Source: Spirochaetia bacterium (lineage in GTDB: Bacteria; Spirochaetota; Spirochaetia; SZUA-6; Bin103). From it: DNA of 64,000 bases. The stretch is taken from positions 1,504,001 to 1,568,000 of the forward strand of contig OZ241863.1 of the NCBI GenBank assembly GCA_965203055.1, given 5' to 3'. Position numbers and translations under genes: made by a program. The stretch's first letter is position 1. The number at the start of each line of letters is the position of its first letter. Shown here piece by piece: positions 57,032 to 64,000 of the stretch. The notes beneath the pieces are model-generated. The model saw only the letters and a program-made list of their open reading frames with translations. It was not told the origin of the DNA and did no database searches.

Positions 57032-60000
57032 TGCCGCCTCCCGGACCGCGCCGCCGGGACCTGCTGCAGAACCGGCTGGTGTTGCACCGGTTCGTCTGCC
57101 GGGAGTTCGGGTTCGACGACCTGGGAACGATGCTCGGGCGGTTGCGCGACGCGCCGGTCGATCCCGCCGGCGGGGCAAGTGACTATGCCGCAGTACTCGC
57201 CGTGTACCTCACCGGCGCGACGCGCGTAACCTCCGATCTGCTGGCCGAGTACGCTGCCAACATCGCGCTCCACAGCGAGCGGTTGCGGATGTCCGGCGAG
57301 CATGACCGCACCTGGAAGCCGCATCAGTACGCCGCCCTGCTGTTCGCCGAACATTACCTGCGCCGCTACTTCGAGGACCCCGCGGCGCTGTGCGCCGACC
57401 TCGACCGCCACCGGCAACGTGACCGCCTGACCGCCTCCCTGCCGGAGTACCGGCCTGAAGAGCTGCGCACGGTCGCCTTCCAGAGCGCTACCGGCTCCGG
57501 CAAGACCCTGCTGATGCACGCCAACCTGCTGCAATACCGCCATTACCTGAGCCGGGCCGGCGGGCGGCTGAACAACGTGGTGCTGGTGACCCCGAACGAG
57601 CAATTGTCGTTGCAGCACCAACGGGAGCTGCTCGCGAGCGGCCTGCCGGCCCGGTTGTTCTCGCGCGGCGCCGGCTCCGAACTGTTCGACCCGGTGGAGA
57701 TCATCGACCTGAACAAGCTGGCCGAGCGGCCGGGCGTGAAGCGCGTCGCGGTGGGCGACTTCGGCGGCGACAACCTGGTGCTGGTCGACGAGGGCCACCT
57801 GGGCGCTACCGGTCGGGTGTGGCGCGAGCGCCGGCGCGAACTGTCGCACGGCGGCTTTACCTTCGAGTACTCCGCCACGTTCAACCAGGTGACGAGCGGC
57901 CGCGACCCTGAGCTGCTGAACGCCTACGGCAAGTGCCTCCTGTTCGACTACTCCTACCGCCGCTTCCACGCCGAGGGCTACGGCAAGGACTACGCCATCC
58001 TCAACTTGCCGGGCGGGGCGCAGGATGAAGGCAGCGACATGTACCTGCTGGGATGCCTGCTCACCTTCTACCAGCAATGCCGGATCTGGCGGGAGCAGGG
58101 CGAGCAATACGCGGCGTTCAACCCGGCCAAGCCGCTGTGGGTGTTCCTCGGCAAGACCGTGGCCGGATCGAGCCGCGCCGACCGGGAGACCCGCTCCGAC
58201 GTGGTCCGCATCCTGCGCTTTCTCGGTTGGGTACTGGGGCATGGCGAAGTGGCGCAGGTGATGATCGAGCACCTGCTGGCCGGCGCCTCGGGGCTGCTCG
58301 ACGACGCCGGCACCGACTACTTCGCGGGCCGCTTCCACCACCTGCCGCGCAACGGCGCCGCGGTGTACGCCGACCTGTGCGAGACCGTGTTCCACGGACC
58401 GGGGCGGCTGCGCGTCGTGTACCTGACCGCGGGCGAGGGAGAACTGCACCTCCGCACCGCCGACAACGAACCTTTCGGAGTCGTCAACGTCGGCGACTCC
58501 GCGGCGCTCTACAAGTTGCTCACCGATACCGATACGGCGTCCCGGGACTTCGCCGTCGATCGGGAGCTGGGCTTCGCCGGGCGGCTGTTCGGCAGCGTGG
58601 ACCGGCCCGACTCGACGGTGAACGTGGTGGTCGGAGCACGGCGCTTCATCGCCGGTTGGAACTCCTGGCGCGTCAGCACGTTGGGGCTGATGCACGTCGG
58701 CGTTGGCGAAGGACCGGAGATCATCCAGATGTTCGGCCGCGGCGTGCGGCTGAAGGGCTGGAATCTGAGCCTGAAGCGGCACCGCGCGAGCGGCGCCCCG
58801 CCGCCGGCGGACAGCGCCGGCCTGATGGAGCTGGAGCGGCTGTACATCTTCGGGTTGCGCGCCAACTACATGCAGACCTTCCGCGACCTGCTGCAGCAGG
58901 AGGGGATCCGCACCGAGCCGCAGACGGTGCGCCTCCCGGTGACCTGGAACTTCGCCCGCACCACCGACTTGAAGCTGATCCGGCTGCGCGAGGACCGGCA
59001 GTACCAATACTCCGGCGAACGGCCCGTGCTGCCGGAGCCCGCCGCCGCCGGCCTGCCGCTGGTCACTCTGGACCGATACTCGCGCCTGCAATCGATCGCC
59101 TCCGGCGCTGCCGCGGCGGGCGCCGGGGCGGGCCGGAACGCCGTCAGCCTCAAGCCCCGCGCCGTTCTGTTCGACGCCGATCGGCTATACCAGCGGCTGC
59201 TGCTGCGCAAGCGGCGCCGGGGCTGGCATAACCTGATCATCGAGCGGCGTACCGTAGAACGACTGCTGGGGAGCGACGACTGGTACCAGCTCACGCTGCC
59301 GGCCGAGCGCCTGGACTTGGCCGGGTTTCGGGAGGTGGGCGGCCTTGAGGAGATCGCCCTCGATCTGCTCACCGAGTACGCCGACCGGTTCTGGCGCGCG
59401 AGCCGCCGCCGCTGGGAGCACGCCAGAATCGAGGTGGTCCCGCTGACCCGGGACGATCCCAACAGCGTCGGCGCCTACGAGATGACGCTGGACGCCGCCC
59501 GCGAGCAGTTGGTCAAGGAAGCCGGCGAACTGGCGCGCGCCCTCCGGGAGGGCCGCTTCGACGCCCTGAAGCCGTGGTACGACGGCCTGCAGATCGGGAC
59601 CATGAGCTTTGCCGCGCACGCCTACCGCCCGCTGCTCTACGCGCGCGGCGAACGCGCCGTCACCGTGCAACCGACGCCCCTGGACCTCCACGAGAAGCGC
59701 GTCGTCGAGCAGTTGGCGGGGCTCGCCATGCGCGGCGACCCGGCCCTGCAGGGCCGGGAGCTGTTCCTGATTCGCAACCAGGCGCGCGGGCGCGGCGTCT
59801 CCTTCTTCGACGACTTCGGCTACTACCCCGACTTCATCGCCTGGCTGAAGGACGCTGCCAGCCAGCACGTGCTGTTCCTGGATCCGAAGGGGCTGAGCCG
59901 GTTCGGCGGCCGGGAACGCCGCAAGGTGCGGTTGCACCGTGCGATCGGCGAAGTGGAGCGGCACGCGCGCCGCACCGACCCGAATCTGCGGCTGCATGCC

Positions 60001-60165
60001 TATGTCCTGTCGGTCACCCCGGCCGCGCAGATCGACGCCGGCGCCCGCTCCGCCGCCGACTGGAAGCGAGACGGCGTCTACTTCCTGAACGAACGCGACT
60101 GTCTGCAGGAAGTGATCGCGCACGCCCTGCGCCGCTCCCGGGCGTCCACCGCGCTCTCCGAGTGA
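57031..60165 (+). CDS. Type III R-M-like restriction helicase-nuclease (Res)
   Basis: SATGSGKT, LVDEGH, EYSATF, QMFGRGVR, C-terminal YPDF...FLDPKG; GTG overlaps the mod stop. Confidence 0.9.
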   Translation: MPPPGPRRRDLLQNRLVLHRFVCREFGFDDLGTMLGRLRDAPVDPAGGASDYAAVLAVYLTGATRVTSDLLAEYAANIALHSERLRMSGEHDRTWKPHQYAALLFAEHYLRRYFEDPAALCADLDRHRQRDRLTASLPEYRPEELRTVAFQSATGSGKTLLMHANLLQYRHYLSRAGGRLNNVVLVTPNEQLSLQHQRELLASGLPARLFSRGAGSELFDPVEIIDLNKLAERPGVKRVAVGDFGGDNLVLVDEGHLGATGRVWRERRRELSHGGFTFEYSATFNQVTSGRDPELLNAYGKCLLFDYSYRRFHAEGYGKDYAILNLPGGAQDEGSDMYLLGCLLTFYQQCRIWREQGEQYAAFNPAKPLWVFLGKTVAGSSRADRETRSDVVRILRFLGWVLGHGEVAQVMIEHLLAGASGLLDDAGTDYFAGRFHHLPRNGAAVYADLCETVFHGPGRLRVVYLTAGEGELHLRTADNEPFGVVNVGDSAALYKLLTDTDTASRDFAVDRELGFAGRLFGSVDRPDSTVNVVVGARRFIAGWNSWRVSTLGLMHVGVGEGPEIIQMFGRGVRLKGWNLSLKRHRASGAPPPADSAGLMELERLYIFGLRANYMQTFRDLLQQEGIRTEPQTVRLPVTWNFARTTDLKLIRLREDRQYQYSGERPVLPEPAAAGLPLVTLDRYSRLQSIASGAAAAGAGAGRNAVSLKPRAVLFDADRLYQRLLLRKRRRGWHNLIIERRTVERLLGSDDWYQLTLPAERLDLAGFREVGGLEEIALDLLTEYADRFWRASRRRWEHARIEVVPLTRDDPNSVGAYEMTLDAAREQLVKEAGELARALREGRFDALKPWYDGLQIGTMSFAAHAYRPLLYARGERAVTVQPTPLDLHEKRVVEQLAGLAMRGDPALQGRELFLIRNQARGRGVSFFDDFGYYPDFIAWLKDAASQHVLFLDPKGLSRFGGRERRKVRLHRAIGEVERHARRTDPNLRLHAYVLSVTPAAQIDAGARSAADWKRDGVYFLNERDCLQEVIAHALRRSRASTALSE

Positions 60166-60167
60166 AC

Positions 60168-60239
60168 CGCGCGTGAGCGGGCGGTCCGCAATCACGCGAG
60201 TCCTGCCGCCGCGGTAAGCCCGCCCGCCGCTCACGCGCG
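60168..60239. repeat. Inverted repeat downstream of res
   Basis: CGCGCGTGAGCGG (60168-60180) / CCGCTCACGCGCG (60227-60239), perfect 13 bp. Confidence 0.6.
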
Positions 60240-60325
60240 CGGAGACACTGGCGCCGATTCACAGGCAGCGGCGCGAGACAACGAGCGAGCCGGCGCGGCG
60301 CCCGGCAGTCTGGTAGGATGCCGGC

Positions 60326-61214
60326 ATGTCGGCGTCCGAAGCGCCGCTCCGCGCGGCGCCGCCATTTCCGGCCATCCCCTACGGCCTTGCCTACTTCAAG
60401 GGCATCCGCCGGGAGGGGTTGCCTGTACGTGGACAAGACCCGCTTCCTGCGCGCCCTGGAACAGGAGCGGTTCGTGTTCTTCATCCGCCCGCGGCGCTTT
60501 GGCAAGACCTGCTGGCTGTCGCTGCTGGAGAGCTATTACTCCCGCACCGAGGCCGGCGACTTCGAGGCGGTGTTCGCCGGCACCGACATCGGCCGCGTTC
60601 CCACTCCCAACCGCAGCCGCTACGTGGTGCTGCGGTTCAACTTCTCCGCCTTCAACGACGCCCCGGAGACGCTGGAGCGGAACTTCGAGAATTACTGCCA
60701 CCTCCAGCTCCTCTACACGCTGGAAGCCTGCCCGGAGTCGTTCCCGGAATCGGTGGTCCACCGAATCTGCTCGCAGGCGACCATCAACGACAAGCTCAAC
60801 GCCCTGTTCCTGCACTCCGGGCGCGCGCAGATACCGCTCTACGTGCTGATCGACGAGTACGACAACTTCGCCAACACCATCCTGGCGCATCAGGGGGCGG
60901 ACGCCTACCACGCCTTCACCCACGGCGGCGAGATGCTCGGCTTCACCGAAGCCGAAGTGCGGGACCTGCTTTCGACCTACCGCGACCTCGGCGTCTTCGA
61001 CCAGGACCCCGACGCCGCCCTCGACACGATGCGCGAGTGGTACGACGGCTACCGCTTCGCCAAGACCGCCCCCAACGTCGTCTACAACACCGACATGGTG
61101 CTCTACTACCTGTCGTACTCACTTCCCAACAAGCCCGGCCCCGACAAGCCGCCGGCGCAGCACCGTCGACCGGGCGCAGGAGCACCACGTAGCCGGTGCG
61201 CAGCGAGGAAGTGA
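60326..61214 (+). pseudogene. AAA-ATPase-like (PD-(D/E)xK-associated family) pseudogene
   Basis: IPYG..YF..IR then a frameshift at G4 60415-60418 to YVDKT, RPRRFGKT, LIDEYD; apparent internal deletion at HGG|EMLGFTE; truncated after WYDGY.F..VYN. Confidence 0.8.
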
Positions 61215-61283
61215 CGGTTGCCGGCAATAGACCGGGTACTCCCGGTTGACCGTGCTTCGGGTGGCGGCATAGCATGTCGGCAA

Positions 61284-61402
61284 GAGACCGGGGAGCTTGG
61301 TGTTGCCAAGCTGAGAGGAGAGCCGTGGGACGGGCCGTTGCGCGCCGACCCCAGAGCTTTCGACTCGTACACCTGATCCGGGTAATGCCGGCGGAGGGAG
61401 CT
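61284..61402 (+). promoter_or_regulatory. TPP riboswitch
   Basis: GGGGAG...CTGAGA...ACCTGATCCGGGTAATGCCGGCGGAGGGAG upstream of a thiamine ABC operon. Confidence 0.92.
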
Positions 61403-61461
61403 CATCGCCCACCTGCAGCCTGATTCCCCGTCAGATTCACTCCCCGGCGGGAGGATATGTA

Positions 61462-62520
61462 ATGCGTTATCTGTCCGTCTGGGTGCCGGCGCTGCTGGCA
61501 CTTGCCGGCGCCGCCTACCTTGGCGCCGAGCCGCAAGCCGAAGCCGAGCCGGGGGCGCTCACTGTCATGGGGCACGACTCGACGGTGATCCCCGAGCCGG
61601 TGCTGGCCGAGTTCGAGGAGCGCTACGGCGCCCGCGTCAGCATCCTGTTGGCCGGCGACGCGGGATCGGCGCTCAACCGCGCCATCCTGGCGAAGGGCAG
61701 GCCGCTGGCCGACGTCCTCTACGGCGTCGACAACGCGTTCCTGAGCCGGGCACTCGACGAAGGCGTCTTCGAACGGTACGAGCCGCCGGCCCTGGCCGGA
61801 ATCGCCCCCGAGCTGCGCCTCGACGCCAGCGGCCACGCCACCCCGATCGACTTCGGGGACGTGTGCGTCAACTATGACGCCGCCTACTTCGACGCCGCCG
61901 GAGTGGCGCCGCCGCAACGGCTGGAGGAGCTGACCGACCCGGCCTATGCCGATCTCCTGGTGGTCCAGAATCCGGCGTCCTCATCGCCGGGCCTCGCCTT
62001 TCTGCTGGCCACGATCGGCCGCTTCGGCGAACCCGGCTATCTCGACTACTGGCGTGAACTGCGCGCCAATGGCGTGCGCGTCGCCCCCGATTGGGAGAGC
62101 GCGTACTTCGCCGAGTTCAGCGGCGGCACCAGTACCGGCGACCGGCCGCTGGTGGTGTCCTACGGCTCCAGCCCTCCGTTCGAGGTGATCTACGCCGAGA
62201 CTCCGATCGAGGCCCCTACCACCGGCGTGATGGTCGGGGGGGAAAGCTGCTTCCGGCAGATCGAGTTCGCCGGCATCCTGGCGGGCACGCCGCGCCGCGA
62301 GTTGGCCGAGCGCTGGATCGACTTCATGCTCAGCCCCACCTTCCAGGCGGAGCTGCCGCTCAACATGTTCGTATTCCCGGTGCTGGCTGACGTTCCGCTG
62401 GCGCCGGAGTTCGAGCGGTTCCTGTCGCTTCCCGAGCGCACCGCGCAAGTCGCTCCCGCGGCCATCGCCGCGCACCGCGAACGGTGGATTCGGGAGTGGC
62501 GCGAGGTCATGGCGCGCTGA
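61462..62520 (+). CDS. thiB: Thiamine ABC transporter substrate-binding protein
   Basis: HDS, ADVLYGVDN, NPASSSPGLAFL, VVSYGSSP, CFRQIEFAG; TPP riboswitch upstream. Confidence 0.9.
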   Translation: MRYLSVWVPALLALAGAAYLGAEPQAEAEPGALTVMGHDSTVIPEPVLAEFEERYGARVSILLAGDAGSALNRAILAKGRPLADVLYGVDNAFLSRALDEGVFERYEPPALAGIAPELRLDASGHATPIDFGDVCVNYDAAYFDAAGVAPPQRLEELTDPAYADLLVVQNPASSSPGLAFLLATIGRFGEPGYLDYWRELRANGVRVAPDWESAYFAEFSGGTSTGDRPLVVSYGSSPPFEVIYAETPIEAPTTGVMVGGESCFRQIEFAGILAGTPRRELAERWIDFMLSPTFQAELPLNMFVFPVLADVPLAPEFERFLSLPERTAQVAPAAIAAHRERWIREWREVMAR

Positions 62521-64000
62521 GCGGAGCGGTCACGCGCGCCGGCGGCGGCTCCGGCCGCCGCCGGCCGGCGGCGCGCCTCGGGCTGTGGCTGCTGCCGCTG
62601 GCGTTCCTGGCGCTGTTCTACCTCTATCCGCTCGGCGCCATCATGCAGCGCGGGCTGAGCAGTGGGGGGGCTGCCGGAGCAGATATCTGGCAGCTCCTGA
62701 CCGCGGCCACCACCCGGCGGGCGCTCTGGTTCAGCACCTGGCAGGCGGTGGTATCGACGCTGGGCACGCTGGCGGTCGGGTTGCCGGCGGCCTACGTGTT
62801 CGCCCGCTACCGCTTTCCGGGGAAGCGGTTGTTGCGCACCATCACGCTGGTGCCGTTCGTGCTGCCCACCCTGGTGGTGGCCGCCGCCTGGCAGGCGCTC
62901 CTGGGGCCGCGCGGCTTCCTGAACCAGCTCCTGCCGGCGCTCGCGCTGCCGCCGTTGCGCGCCGGCGGCAGCGCGGGGGCGATCATCGCCGCCCACGTGT
63001 TCTTCAACACCGCGCTGGTGGTGCGGCTGGTCGGGGACAGTTGGGCGCAGCTTCATCCGCGCGTCATCGAGACCGCGGCGGTGCTCGGGGCGGGGCCGAT
63101 GCGGCGCTGGCGCGCGGTAACCATGCCGCTGTTGAGCCGGCCCATCTTCGCCGCGGCGCTGCTGGTGTTTCTGTTCGACTTCACCTCGTTCGGGGTGGTG
63201 CTGCTGCTCGGCGCCGGCCGCTACGCCACCCTCGAAGTCGAGATCTATCTGCAGACGGTCACCCTGTTCGACCTGCGCGCGGCGGCGGTTCTGTCGCTGC
63301 TGCAGCTCCTGCTGACGGCGCTGGTTACCGCCGCCTACAGCAACGCGGCCGCCCGCTACCGCGCTACGCCGCGGCTGGGGCGGGCCGCCGCGTACGAGCG
63401 GGCGCCGGCGGCAGCGCGCGAGCGGTGGCTGGTGGCGGTCACGGTCGGCGCGCTGCTGGTGTGGCTGGTGGTGCCCCTGGCGGCGCTGGCGCTGCGCGCG
63501 CTGTTCTCGCTGGAGGATGGCCGCCTCACGCTGGCCCTGTTTACCCGGCTCGGCAGCCGGCCGCGCGGGGCGGCGCTGGCGGTGCCGCCGTTGCTCGCGC
63601 TGCGCAACTCGCTCCTGTTCGCGGTGCTGACCGCGCTGCTCAGCCTGGCGGTAGGGTTGCCCGCGGCGCTGGCGGCGGTGGGGGTGCGGCGGGCGTGGCT
63701 GCGGCGGCTGGTCGACATCGCGGTGATGCTCCCGCTTGGCACCTCGCCGGTCACCATTGGCTTCGGCTTCATCCTCGCGCTGGGGCTGCCCGGCTTCGAC
63801 CTGCGCGCGTCGCCGGTGCTGCTGCCGGTGGCGCATACCCTGGTGGCGCTGCCGCTGGTGTTCCGCGCGTTGGTCGGGGGGCTGCAGGCGGTCCCGGCGC
63901 GCCTGCGCGAGGCCGCCGCGGTGTTGGGCGCAGCCCCGGCGCGGCGCTTCATATACGTGGAGTTGCCGGTGCTTGGGCGAGCCGCGGCCAGCGCGGCGCT
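62496..64000 (+). CDS. thiP: Thiamine ABC transporter permease (runs off the window; start uncertain)
   Basis: LPLAFLALFYLYPL, PFVLPTLVV, AHVFFN, two EAA loops (ETAAVLGA, EAAAVLGA), FTSFGVV; absent from the ORF track because it has no stop in the window. Confidence 0.85.
   Translation, partial: MARGHGALSGAVTRAGGGSGRRRPAARLGLWLLPLAFLALFYLYPLGAIMQRGLSSGGAAGADIWQLLTAATTRRALWFSTWQAVVSTLGTLAVGLPAAYVFARYRFPGKRLLRTITLVPFVLPTLVVAAAWQALLGPRGFLNQLLPALALPPLRAGGSAGAIIAAHVFFNTALVVRLVGDSWAQLHPRVIETAAVLGAGPMRRWRAVTMPLLSRPIFAAALLVFLFDFTSFGVVLLLGAGRYATLEVEIYLQTVTLFDLRAAAVLSLLQLLLTALVTAAYSNAAARYRATPRLGRAAAYERAPAAARERWLVAVTVGALLVWLVVPLAALALRALFSLEDGRLTLALFTRLGSRPRGAALAVPPLLALRNSLLFAVLTALLSLAVGLPAALAAVGVRRAWLRRLVDIAVMLPLGTSPVTIGFGFILALGLPGFDLRASPVLLPVAHTLVALPLVFRALVGGLQAVPARLREAAAVLGAAPARRFIYVELPVLGRAAASAA

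Noticed and set aside
62663..62670. Short G run in thiP as a phase-variable tract
   Set aside because: About 8 nt, in frame, and unremarkable in a GC-rich genome

Overview
Very GC-rich bacterial chromosome segment. It is probably a spirochaete (Spirochaetota), inferred from the rseP/WD40/dnaB-rplI-DUF2232-rpsR-ssb-rpsF order. The multiple PhyH dioxygenases, sugar ABC transporters and eroded genes suggest a host-associated lifestyle (inference only). The first ~13.6 kb is housekeeping: rseP, dnaB, rplI, rpsR, ssb, rpsF, mutL, gcvH and a class A PBP. The rest is accessory: two sugar ABC systems, a thiamine ABC system with a TPP riboswitch, tRNA-Thr(CGT), three PhyH-family dioxygenases, a type III R-M-like pair, a GmrSD-like DUF262/DUF1524 protein, two AlbA_2 (Schlafen-like) proteins, TA remnants and several deletion-damaged pseudogenes. 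Four observations stand out. (1) A three-member family of surface lipoproteins has 6, 6 and 8 'GSGYT.aPTVT' repeats inserted into a conserved split base domain; two copies are a tandem duplication diverging mainly in the central repeats, and the third is out of frame at a C16 tract (candidate phase variation). (2) A ~200-nt structured non-coding transcript, bounded by a promoter and a terminator, lies directly upstream of the PBP gene. (3) A double sugar-binding protein has one circularly permuted unit. (4) A TA cluster appears to have been scrambled by duplication plus complementary deletion. All family calls come from reading motifs by eye; no searches were run.
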